NCBI GenBank assembly: GCA_964642835.1
Contig: CAZXQA010000002.1
Coordinates: 11,875 to 75,874, forward strand
DNA from: an uncultured Candidatus Saccharibacteria bacterium
GTDB taxonomy: Bacteria > Patescibacteriota > Minisyncoccia > Phycocordibacterales > Zambryskibacteraceae
Direction of reading: 5' to 3'
DNA length: 64,000 bases
The position numbers and the translations under genes are program-made. The first letter of the stretch is position 1. Every line of letters starts with the position of its first letter. Under the pieces are notes generated by a model, which searched no databases, was not told where the DNA came from, and saw nothing but the letters and a program-made list of their open reading frames with translations. Of this stretch, positions 55,807 to 64,000 are shown piece after piece.

Positions 55807-56933
55807 TATCGACGAACAATTTTAATAAACCGGTGTTTGCCAACACGATAGGTGCCTGGCTCTATTTCCTTAATCGCGCCGTCTTTCTCAAGTCTCGTGT
55901 ATTCGGTCTTTGAAGCGACGATCCCCTCTTCCAAGAGAATCTCAACGAGTAGCTTCTCTGGCGAGGCTTCGACGGTCTTAATATCTTCTGGGATACCGCC
56001 TTTGGAGAAGGTGGCTTCGAAACTCTCTTGAGCAGCCTGCGCGGCCGCTTCGCCGTGATAGATCTTTACAATCTCAAAGGCGAGACGCATCTTTGCCGTT
56101 TTCGGATGCTCGGCCATGATGGCACTGATCTCATCCAATGGAACACGGGTGCAAATTTCAAAATAATTCTTCACTTCGGCATCGACCATGCTCATAATCT
56201 TGCCGTACATATCCGCCGGAGCGTCGCTGAAGTTAATAGTGTTACCCCAACTCGAACTCATTTTGCGCCCATCGAGCCCCATGACGGGGAACGTCGTCAT
56301 GACAATCGCCTGAGGCGTTTGCTTGAAGTGCTCTTGAAGAGCGCGGCCAGCCAGCAGATTGAAGCGTTGATCAACTCCACCAAGCTCAATGTCGGCTTCA
56401 ATGGCAACGGAATCGTACCCCTGCATGAGCGGATAGAGCACTTCGCGCAACGACACGCGCTTCCCTTCTTCGAGACGGCGCCTGATATTGTCGCGCGCGA
56501 TGAAGTCGGCTACGGAGAACTGATCGGCATGCTCGCCTATCTCACGATATGTCAAAGGCTCAAGCCATTCGGAGTTATAGCGGAGCTCTGCTTTGTCGAG
56601 ATCGATAATCTTCCCGATCTGCGCGAAGTAATTCTTTTTATTTTCTTCGATCGCCTCTCGAGTAAGCATGGGGCGCTCACTGTCTTTATCAGAGGTATCT
56701 CCGATCACGCCGGTAAAATCTCCCACAATAAGAACGGCTTGGTGCCCCGCTTCCTGGAAATCGCGCATTTTAAGAAGGGGTACCGAGCGACCGAGATGAA
56801 GATTTGGGCTCGTTGGATCAATCCCGAGCTTAACGCGAAGCTTTTCGCCGTTCGCGATTCTTTCTTGAATCTTTTTTTCATCAATAACTTCGGCTACGCC
56901 GCGAGAAAGGAGAGTTTTAACGTCTGTATTCAT
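55806..56933 (-). CDS. tyrS: Tyrosyl-tRNA synthetase with a C-terminal S4-like domain
   Basis: GIDPTSPNLHLGRSVPLLKMRDFQEAGHQAVLIVGDFTGVIGD matches the TyrRS HIGH region. KMSSS(W) is a KMSKS variant. Confidence 0.88.
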   Translation of the reverse strand: MNTDVKTLLSRGVAEVIDEKKIQERIANGEKLRVKLGIDPTSPNLHLGRSVPLLKMRDFQEAGHQAVLIVGDFTGVIGDTSDKDSERPMLTREAIEENKKNYFAQIGKIIDLDKAELRYNSEWLEPLTYREIGEHADQFSVADFIARDNIRRRLEEGKRVSLREVLYPLMQGYDSVAIEADIELGGVDQRFNLLAGRALQEHFKQTPQAIVMTTFPVMGLDGRKMSSSWGNTINFSDAPADMYGKIMSMVDAEVKNYFEICTRVPLDEISAIMAEHPKTAKMRLAFEIVKIYHGEAAAQAAQESFEATFSKGGIPEDIKTVEASPEKLLVEILLEEGIVASKTEYTRLEKDGAIKEIEPGTYRVGKHRFIKIVRR

Positions 56934-56961
56934 AGGAACAATCTAACAGAAATATGATAAA

Positions 56962-59121
56962 ATGAGAATCTCAATGAAGAATCTAAAAAAGGCCCTCCTT
57001 GAGCCGAATCATCTCATGGCAGCCGCGGGTGCTGTCTTTGTTATTGGTGGTCTTTGCCTCCTCTGGGTCGCTTCGCTTCGCATCCCCGCTCTCGAGTCGA
57101 TCGAGGAGCGCCGTGTCGACAGTTCAACGAAGATTTATGACCGCACCGGGGAAATTCTCCTCTACGACTTCTCCCAAGACGTTCGCCGCGAGGTTGTGCC
57201 AATCGACCAGATCAGCGACTATGCCAAGAACGCCGCGATCGCGATCGAGGACAAAACCTTCTACGAGCACAACGGCTTCGTCTTCTCCTCCTTCGTCCGC
57301 GCCATGTGGGCAAACCTCTCTACCCTCTCTTTCAGCCAAGGTGGCTCCACGATCACTCAGCAGGTAGTAAAGAACTCTATTCTCACGACCGACAAGAGCC
57401 CGACTCGTAAGCTCAAGGAACTCATTCTCGCTCTCAAGCTTGAGCGCGTTCTCACCAAGAAAGAGATTCTCTCCCTCTATCTCAACGAAATCCCGTACGG
57501 CGGGAATGTCTACGGCATTGAGGAAGCGGCGAGCCGATTCTTCGGCAAAGATGCGAAGGATCTCGACTTGGCCGAGTCCGCGTACCTCGCCGCCATTCCA
57601 CAAGCTCCCACCCACTTCTCCCCTTACGGCTCATACGTTAACGAATTAGAGGCGCGCAAAAACTTGGTACTCAAGGAAATGAAGAACAACGACTTCATTA
57701 CCGACGAAGAATACAAAACCGCGATCAAAGAGAAGGTGACCTTCAAACCACGTGAGAATTCCGGCAGTATCAAGGCCCCTCACTTCGTCTTCTTTGTTAT
57801 CGAACAGTTAGCTCAGAAATACGGCGAAGACGCGGTTCAGAGTGGTGGATGGAAGATTATCACCACTCTCGACTACTCCATCCAAGAACAAGCTGAGGCA
57901 CTCGCCAAGAAATACGGTGAGATAAACCAGAAAACCTTCAACGCCAACAACAACGCCATTGTCGCCATTGATCCGAAAACGGGTGAGATTCTCGCCATGA
58001 CCGGTTCCCGAGACTACTTCGACCAGAAGATTGGCGGTAACTTCAACGCCTCCACCGGTCACCGCCAGCCGGGATCGACCTTTAAACCGTTTGTGTACTC
58101 GGTGCTTTTCAACAAGGGGTACACGGATTCAACGATTCTCTACGACGTGCCAATTCAGTTCAATCCGAACTGCGCGGCGGACGACTTTGTAACGCATGAC
58201 AACTGCTACGCGCCAGGAAACTATGACGACGCCTTCCGTGGTCCCATGACGGTGAGAAACGCACTCGCGCAGTCTATCAACCTCCCAGCCGTCGAAGCCC
58301 TTTATCTCGCCGGCGTGCCGAATTCCATTAGACTCGCTCAAGATCTCGGCATTCAAGGTTTGACGGAGAAGAACACCTACGGCCTCTCTCTCGTACTCGG
58401 AGGTGGCGCCGTCTCCCTTCTCGACATGACTTCAGCTTATGGTGTCTTTGCCAATGATGGTATCCGTAATCCTTATACCCCCGTGCTCGAGATCCGCGAC
58501 AACTACGGCAATGTGATTGATCGTGAGAATCTCTACCCTCAGCGCGTGCTCCCCGAACAAACCGCTCGCCTTATGAACAATATTCTCTCGGACAACGTCG
58601 CGCGCACGCCGGGATACGGCCCGAACTCCCCTCTCTACATCCCTGACCGTGATGTTGCTGTGAAGACCGGTACTTCGAACGACTACCGCGACGCTTGGAT
58701 CATCGGCTACTCTCCAAACATCGTTATCGGCGCGTGGACGGGTAACAACGACAACTCTCCCATGGAAAAGAAAGTGGCAGGTCTTATCGTCTCCCCGCTC
58801 TGGAGAGACCTTATGAATGCTGTTCTTCCTCATATCCCGGCCGATTCTTTCATCCCTCCGACTCCAGAAGATCCAGCTGAGTTGAAGCCGGTGCTCCGCG
58901 GCGAGATTTCAACCGAACCACACTCGATCCTTTACTATGTCGACAAAGACAACCCGCGCGGACCTCAACCAACCAACCCATCACAAGATTCTCAGTTTAA
59001 AAATTGGGAGTATAGTGTTCAGCGCTGGGTTTTCGGAAATGGATTCACCTCTTCGAGCCCTCTCCCTGGCACCCAGGAGCCCGCTACAGCAGGTTTCGTA
59101 CCGTTGCCGACCAACTTCTAG
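56962..59121 (+). CDS. Class A penicillin-binding protein (glycosyltransferase + transpeptidase; PBP1A-like)
   Basis: GT51 motifs (AIEDKTFYEHNGF, GGSTITQQ) and transpeptidase STFK and KTGT motifs. Confidence 0.9.
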   Translation: MRISMKNLKKALLEPNHLMAAAGAVFVIGGLCLLWVASLRIPALESIEERRVDSSTKIYDRTGEILLYDFSQDVRREVVPIDQISDYAKNAAIAIEDKTFYEHNGFVFSSFVRAMWANLSTLSFSQGGSTITQQVVKNSILTTDKSPTRKLKELILALKLERVLTKKEILSLYLNEIPYGGNVYGIEEAASRFFGKDAKDLDLAESAYLAAIPQAPTHFSPYGSYVNELEARKNLVLKEMKNNDFITDEEYKTAIKEKVTFKPRENSGSIKAPHFVFFVIEQLAQKYGEDAVQSGGWKIITTLDYSIQEQAEALAKKYGEINQKTFNANNNAIVAIDPKTGEILAMTGSRDYFDQKIGGNFNASTGHRQPGSTFKPFVYSVLFNKGYTDSTILYDVPIQFNPNCAADDFVTHDNCYAPGNYDDAFRGPMTVRNALAQSINLPAVEALYLAGVPNSIRLAQDLGIQGLTEKNTYGLSLVLGGGAVSLLDMTSAYGVFANDGIRNPYTPVLEIRDNYGNVIDRENLYPQRVLPEQTARLMNNILSDNVARTPGYGPNSPLYIPDRDVAVKTGTSNDYRDAWIIGYSPNIVIGAWTGNNDNSPMEKKVAGLIVSPLWRDLMNAVLPHIPADSFIPPTPEDPAELKPVLRGEISTEPHSILYYVDKDNPRGPQPTNPSQDSQFKNWEYSVQRWVFGNGFTSSSPLPGTQEPATAGFVPLPTNF

Positions 59122-59122
59122 T

Positions 59123-59386
59123 CTAGGCGTATAAAATCTTCCTGACGGGCAATTTATAGAGTCCTCGTAACTCGTCCATAATCCCTTCTTCTTTGAGACG
59201 GATCTCATTTTTCGCTACGGCGCTTGAGATCTCAATTTTCAATACTCCGTCCTTAAAGGAAACTTGATCTTGCGTGAGAGTAACGCGGGCTCTTGTGCGA
59301 ATCACATCAACGACAGCGCTCTTGGCGATGCCGTCACGATTAAGCGCTTTAGCAAACCGTTCGAGGAGGCTTTGAATATTGCGCAT
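59123..59386 (-). CDS. DUF721/DciA-like protein
   Basis: 87 aa immediately downstream of dnaN, with a DUF721-like pattern. Confidence 0.6.
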   Translation of the reverse strand: MRNIQSLLERFAKALNRDGIAKSAVVDVIRTRARVTLTQDQVSFKDGVLKIEISSAVAKNEIRLKEEGIMDELRGLYKLPVRKILYA

Positions 59387-60489
59387 TAGGCCTGATTCAT
59401 CGGCATAACGAGATAGAGGAAGCTCGTATCCCCTACTCCTTGGATAATAATCGGCTTGGCTTGTCCGCTGAAGGAGAGCATCAAGCTATCAGTCGTGACC
59501 GACTGGAAACAATCCGTGAAGTAGCGATGATTCACATTAATCACAATCTCTTCTCCTTCAAGAGCGGCATCAACTTTATGAACGCTTTCACCCACCGTGG
59601 AATTCTTCGATTCGATTTCAAACGTTTTCTCCGTTGGCGAGAGTTTGAGCGTAAGTTGGTTAAAGGAGTCCGAGAAAATAAGCGAAGTCTTCAAGGAGTT
59701 GATGAGGTCCTGCTTGAGGAGGGTGGCGGAGGAAGTCTTCTCCTTAGGAATAATCTGGCGATAATCTGGGAACACACCCTCGATAATACGCGAGGTGAGA
59801 TAAATACCGTGCGAGCGTAGAGCAATCTGATGCTCGGTAATAGAGATCGAGACCTCTTCCTCGCCTCGATCGAAGATCTTCACCATCTCCAAGGCATTCT
59901 TCTGAGGAATGAGGATTTGCTTAAAGTGAGGCATCTTCTTAATGCGGATCTTCTTCTCCGCCAAACGGAAAGAGTCTGTCGCCGCAAAGACAAGTGAGTC
60001 CCCTTCGTGAGTGACGCTCACCGAAGAGAGCTCAGGCTTAATGCTTCCTACGGCTGCCGCATAGATGACCGAGCGGATTCCGAAGACGAAATCGCGCACT
60101 GGCATGGTAAAGGCGTTATCCTCGCTCACTTCCGGAATAATCGGGAAATCCTCAAGTGAGAGGGTTTTGATATTGGTCTTTGTCGAAGCAGTCTTCACCT
60201 CGACAACCTGTCCTTTTACAGTGAAGGTGATATTCCTATCCTTGGTGAGCGAGGAGACGAAGGATGACGTAATATGGGCCGGGATAACGAGTTCGCCTGG
60301 TTCAACGACTTTGACCGGGATCGTGATGGAAAGCCCGATGTCGAGGTTTGTAGCCTTAATGGTGAGGCTTGAGCCGGCTGCTTCGAGTTTGAATCCCGAG
60401 AGAACGGGTAGGCTCGTATTCTTCCCCGCGATCTTGTCGGCTTTGTTCAATGCCTCCTCGAGTTGTTCCTTAACGCATTCTATCTTCAT
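59386..60489 (-). CDS. dnaN: DNA polymerase III beta sliding clamp
   Basis: Three-domain clamp similarity; the dnaA-dnaN synteny supports it. Confidence 0.92.
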   Translation of the reverse strand: MKIECVKEQLEEALNKADKIAGKNTSLPVLSGFKLEAAGSSLTIKATNLDIGLSITIPVKVVEPGELVIPAHITSSFVSSLTKDRNITFTVKGQVVEVKTASTKTNIKTLSLEDFPIIPEVSEDNAFTMPVRDFVFGIRSVIYAAAVGSIKPELSSVSVTHEGDSLVFAATDSFRLAEKKIRIKKMPHFKQILIPQKNALEMVKIFDRGEEEVSISITEHQIALRSHGIYLTSRIIEGVFPDYRQIIPKEKTSSATLLKQDLINSLKTSLIFSDSFNQLTLKLSPTEKTFEIESKNSTVGESVHKVDAALEGEEIVINVNHRYFTDCFQSVTTDSLMLSFSGQAKPIIIQGVGDTSFLYLVMPMNQA

Positions 60490-60712
60490 GGTGTGTATAT
60501 TATTTATATATAAATACTTAGTAGTAGCAGTAGAGGGTGTGGATATGTGGGTAAGTCGGCAAGTGGCTTGGTTGAGCGGAATCTAGGAAATTGTCTCCTG
60601 GGAAGCTGGGGAGAGCGAAGGATGAAATGTGTACGCTACTCCCCCTTGCCGACCCCTCTCCTGTTTCTGCCCTTCTTATTAACATTCTTTCCCGAATTTT
60701 TCCACACGTTGT
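60490..60712. promoter_or_regulatory. Candidate chromosomal replication origin (oriC) between dnaA and dnaN
   Basis: AT-rich DUE-like tract at 60491..60520. Near-consensus DnaA boxes TGTGGATAT (60538..60546) and TTTTCCACA (about 60697..60706). Confidence 0.6.
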
Positions 60713-62065
60713 TCATACATTTAATAAACCCCTGATCTGCTCAACTTCCTCAGCGAGAGACTGGTCCTCTCGAAGGTCGTTCTTCATCTTCTCGCAGGAG
60801 TGGATAACTGTTGTGTGGTCACGGCCACCCAACTTCTGTCCGATAGAGGGATACGAGATCCCGAAGTCCTCACGGAGGAGATACATAATGATCTGTCTCG
60901 GCTTAATGACTTCCTTATGGCGAGTCTTCTCGTAGATGCTCTCCTCCTTCACGTTGTAGAAGTCGGCGATAATCTTGACCACATCCTTCACCGCGATCGA
61001 CTTCTTCGGCTTCACGTTGTTCTTGATGTAGTTACGAGTATCAAGCAGAGTCGGATCCTTGCCTTTGAGCTGGATTTGCATGAGGAGCGTGTTGATAACG
61101 CCTTCCAGCTCACGAATATTGCCGTTAATTGTTTGAGCAAGGTAATCGATGATTTCGGGGGTAAGGCCGATACCCAACTGCTTGGCTTTGGCGGAAATGA
61201 TGGCAATCCGACTCTCTTTGTCCGGGGCGGGAATGTCGACGGTCATACCCGCCGCCATGCGACTCTTCAAGCGATCTTCGAGGCCGGTAATGAAGTGAGG
61301 ATGTTTGTCGGACGAGAAGATGATCTGGCGGTTGTTGTCGTAGAGAGAGTTAAAGGTGTGGAACAACTCTTCTTGGACGCGCTGCTTCTCGGAGAAGAAT
61401 TGGATGTCGTCGACAATGAGGACGTCGTATTTGCGGTACTTCTCCTTAAAGACATGCATCTTCTGGTGTTGGAGAGCGTTCATGAACTCAACTGAGAACT
61501 GTTCGGAAGTGAGATAGTAGACCTTTTTCCCTGGTGACATGGTCTTAATATGGTTCCCCACCGCCTGGATGAGGTGAGTTTTACCATGGCCGGTCGAGCC
61601 ATAGATAAAGAGTGGGTTGTACATAATCCCTGGCTTCTTGATGACAGCTTGAGCGGCGGCATGGGCTAATTCGTTGAAGGGGCCAATCACAAAGTTCTCA
61701 AAGGTGTAGCGCGGGTTGAGGTTATCCTCCTTGTTAACGCTTACTTCCGTGAGCGGAAGTTCGCGCGACATCCCTATCTCCCTTGGCTTACTATCATCTC
61801 GACGGCGAGCTTCTTCCTTATTCACCACATATTCGACACTGTGGATGGAATGTTCGATATTGCGCAGGCTGCGAAGGATAGCGCTGTGGTATTTGGTGAG
61901 GAGCCACTCTTTTACGAAGGCATTCGGTACGGAAAGAACCACTACCCCACCATCTTCCTTAACAATGCGAGTGTCTTTAAACCAGGTGGTGAAGTTTGCC
62001 TTAGAAACTCCGAGTTCCATCTCTACTAATACATGTTGCCAAAGCTGTTTGTAATCCATAGTCAA
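60713..62065 (-). CDS. dnaA: Chromosomal replication initiator DnaA
   Basis: AAA+ GSTGHGKTHL Walker A and a C-terminal DnaA-box-binding domain. Confidence 0.95.
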   Translation of the reverse strand: MTMDYKQLWQHVLVEMELGVSKANFTTWFKDTRIVKEDGGVVVLSVPNAFVKEWLLTKYHSAILRSLRNIEHSIHSVEYVVNKEEARRRDDSKPREIGMSRELPLTEVSVNKEDNLNPRYTFENFVIGPFNELAHAAAQAVIKKPGIMYNPLFIYGSTGHGKTHLIQAVGNHIKTMSPGKKVYYLTSEQFSVEFMNALQHQKMHVFKEKYRKYDVLIVDDIQFFSEKQRVQEELFHTFNSLYDNNRQIIFSSDKHPHFITGLEDRLKSRMAAGMTVDIPAPDKESRIAIISAKAKQLGIGLTPEIIDYLAQTINGNIRELEGVINTLLMQIQLKGKDPTLLDTRNYIKNNVKPKKSIAVKDVVKIIADFYNVKEESIYEKTRHKEVIKPRQIIMYLLREDFGISYPSIGQKLGGRDHTTVIHSCEKMKNDLREDQSLAEEVEQIRGLLNV

Positions 62066-62110
62066 AATATGTTGCTACATAGTATCGCCTTTTACGGAAA
62101 GTAAGAAAAC

Positions 62111-62140
62111 TTGAAAGAAGCCTCGCAATGTGTTTATAAT
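62111..62140 (+). promoter_or_regulatory. Sigma70-like promoter for rpmH-rnpA-yidC (TTGAAA-18-TATAAT)
   Basis: Consensus-like hexamers 21 nt upstream of the rpmH ATG. Confidence 0.55.
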
Positions 62141-62160
62141 GTGTTCATTCGTTAAACGCC

Positions 62161-62295
62161 ATGTCCACGACATACCAGCCCAAGAAACGCAAACGCGCGA
62201 AGACTCACGGTTTTCTCGCCCGCTCCAAGAGCTCGACCGGCAAGCGCACTCTCCAGGCTCGCCGCCGCAAAGGTCGCTCGCGCCTCGGCCTCTAA
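62161..62295 (+). CDS. rpmH: 50S ribosomal protein L34
   Basis: [44 protein letters not shown] is a 44-aa classic L34. It is not in the ORF track (under 60 aa). Confidence 0.92.
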   Translation: MSTTYQPKKRKRAKTHGFLARSKSSTGKRTLQARRRKGRSRLGL

Positions 62296-62540
62296 TGCTT
62301 CACTTCTCCCTCCGAGTCTCTCCGGCGGAGGAGGCAGGCTTCATTATCTCGGTTTCCAAAAAGACGGCTAAACAAGCCGTGACCAGGAATCGTATCAAGC
62401 GCCGCCTCCGCGCCGCCCTCGCTCCTTATCGAGCCACCCTTAAGCCTGCCTCCTATCTCATCATCGCTCACCGTGGCGCCGAGAGTATTCGGAGCGAGGC
62501 GTTGAGACAAGAATTAGCAATACTCCTCGAAAGACGTTAA
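62295..62540 (+). CDS. rnpA: Ribonuclease P protein component, short form
   Basis: ISVSKKTAKQAVTRNRIKRRLR RNR motif. The start overlaps the rpmH stop (TAATG). Confidence 0.8.
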   Translation: MLHFSLRVSPAEEAGFIISVSKKTAKQAVTRNRIKRRLRAALAPYRATLKPASYLIIAHRGAESIRSEALRQELAILLERR

Positions 62541-62550
62541 AATAGGCCCC

Positions 62551-63267
62551 ATGTCTTTCCTCTACCACGCGTTCTTCTTCAACCCCCTCTACAACTTTCT
62601 TATCCTTCTCTTTAACCTCTTTCCATGGGCTGATGCGGGACTTATGGTGATTGTGCTCACTATTCTCGTACGCCTCCTCCTCTTCCCTCTTTCCCGGAAG
62701 GCTGTTCTTACTCAGCTTAAGATGAATAGTATCGCGCCGGAGATCGCGGAGATTAAGGCAAAGCACGCGAATAATTCCGAAGCTCAAGCCCGCGAAACCT
62801 TTGCTCTCTATAAAGAGAAGGGAGTCAATCCATTCTCTGGTATTGTCGTTATTCTTATTCAGATTCCGTTGATCTTCGCGCTGTATCGGATCTTTCTCCA
62901 TATTTCCGAGATCGACACGAGCGTCCTCTACTCTTTCATGAGTGCTCCTGCCCACATTGATACGATCTTCCTTGGGTTCCTCGACGTAAGTGGCAAGAGC
63001 ATCATCCTCGCTCTCCTCGCCGCGGTTTCCACCTTCCTCCAGCTTTATTTCTCGACCCAAAATCAGGCACCAAGCACCGCCGCCAAAGGCTCTTTTGGAG
63101 AAGGATTGGCCAAGAGCATGCAGACTCAGATGAAATACTTCTTCCCGGTCATGGTCTTCTTTATCTCCTACAATATCTCAGCTGTTATTGCTCTCTACTG
63201 GCTCACCACCAACCTCTTCAGTATCGGTCAGGAATACTTTATTAAGCGAAACGCCGTCTTAGCGTAG
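62551..63267 (+). CDS. yidC: Membrane protein insertase YidC, short YidC2/Oxa1-like form
   Basis: Five TM helices and conserved motifs (PLIFALYRIF, GFLDVS). Confidence 0.9.
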   Translation: MSFLYHAFFFNPLYNFLILLFNLFPWADAGLMVIVLTILVRLLLFPLSRKAVLTQLKMNSIAPEIAEIKAKHANNSEAQARETFALYKEKGVNPFSGIVVILIQIPLIFALYRIFLHISEIDTSVLYSFMSAPAHIDTIFLGFLDVSGKSIILALLAAVSTFLQLYFSTQNQAPSTAAKGSFGEGLAKSMQTQMKYFFPVMVFFISYNISAVIALYWLTTNLFSIGQEYFIKRNAVLA

Positions 63268-64000
63268 AAGATACGCGGCCCAGAGTGAGAGATCGGTCTT
63301 GTTTATAAATACGATATAGGATTCATCCACGGAGAGAGCGGGGCGGAAGACGTCGAGTTCAACGCCGAAGTCACCCTTCGGCTCAACGATAAGGTTCGAG
63401 ATTTGAGTATTGGCATCGAATTGCCAGATATAGTCGGAGAAATGGGTCTTCCCTGCGTACCAATCGTCAGGCTGGTTGCCAGAAAGGCCGTTCGTGGGCG
63501 TCCCACAGAAGAAGGCGGCCGTATTCTTGCTCGACCAGACGCATTTCTCGGCCAGAGTGGCAGGCGAAATCTCCTCGCTTGTTTTCTTGGTGAGGTCGTA
63601 GGTGGCAAGCTGAAGGGGGCCTGCGGCATATGAATAGAGGATGCGAGTCCCGGCGCTGTTCCCCATCACTGAGAGGCCGTTCAATGGGCCGAAAAGCTTC
63701 GTGAGCCCGCCAGCACCCGTGAGCATATAAGCATACCCTGGCACGGCATTCGAAGGCTTAGTGAATACCAGCGTGTTAGTCCCGAACCTCTGAGTGCGCC
63801 AGCTTCGGAAGCTGCTGTTCCAGAGCGTTTTGACCCCATCGCCCTGGAAGGTTGAGGAGATGATAGCCCCCGTTTCCTTAATGACATAGGTAAGGAGGTT
63901 CCCTGTTCCGGCTGCGAGGCCGTCGAGGTTCCCGCGCATCGAGGTAGCTGACACGCTCCACAAGGCTTCCGTGGAGCTCGCGGCGGGAGGTGTCAGCGTA
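63259..64000 (-). CDS. Hypothetical protein, partial; N-terminus is beyond the window end
   Basis: The open frame runs to the window edge; no recognised domain. Confidence 0.4.
   Translation of the reverse strand, partial: TLTPPAASSTEALWSVSATSMRGNLDGLAAGTGNLLTYVIKETGAIISSTFQGDGVKTLWNSSFRSWRTQRFGTNTLVFTKPSNAVPGYAYMLTGAGGLTKLFGPLNGLSVMGNSAGTRILYSYAAGPLQLATYDLTKKTSEEISPATLAEKCVWSSKNTAAFFCGTPTNGLSGNQPDDWYAGKTHFSDYIWQFDANTQISNLIVEPKGDFGVELDVFRPALSVDESYIVFINKTDLSLWAAYLLR

Noticed and set aside
1-64000. Integrase/recombinase, transposase or phage genes near the cassette array
   Set aside because: Every ORF was inspected and none has tyrosine/serine recombinase, DDE transposase or phage structural motifs. 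The array's mobility agent, if any, lies outside the window.

Overview
The window looks like a compositionally typical, reduced bacterial genome, probably Patescibacteria/CPR-like. That call is an inference from the small, domain-minimal proteins (short YebC, RecO, RnpA, MetRS without a C-terminal domain), the many leaderless-looking promoters and the surface proteins. Coding density is high, with 78 protein genes called. The oriC region lies at 60490..60712 inside rnpA/rpmH-dnaA-dnaN-dciA(DUF721) synteny. Conserved operons are recognisable: rpsF-ssb-rpsR and secE-nusG-rplK. Five aminoacyl-tRNA synthetase genes are present (metG, glyQS, ileS, argS, tyrS). There is a scattered Holliday-junction and repair set (ruvA/B/C, ruvX, recA, recO, fpg, mpg, rarA, polA), and nine tRNA genes. 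The standout is 33098..38823. Seven unrelated single-gene modules, all on the minus strand, are each followed by a copy of a conserved ~110-nt bipartite repeat. The repeat is about 85-90% identical between copies. The array abuts tRNA-His, and degenerate tRNA-His 3'-end copies lie inside two of the repeats. This reads as an integron-like or tandem tRNA-targeted cassette array, with no recombinase gene in the window. A related att-like scar (a 22-nt duplicate of the tRNA-Val 3' end plus a shared ~55-nt arm) sits at tRNA-Val. Other notable items are a T-box leader with an intrinsic terminator upstream of ileS, and a eukaryote-type IleRS carrying an in-frame histidine-phosphatase domain and an HAGS variant of the HIGH motif. 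Two unannotated structured intergenic elements (26804..27095 and 52287..52430) are also flagged.
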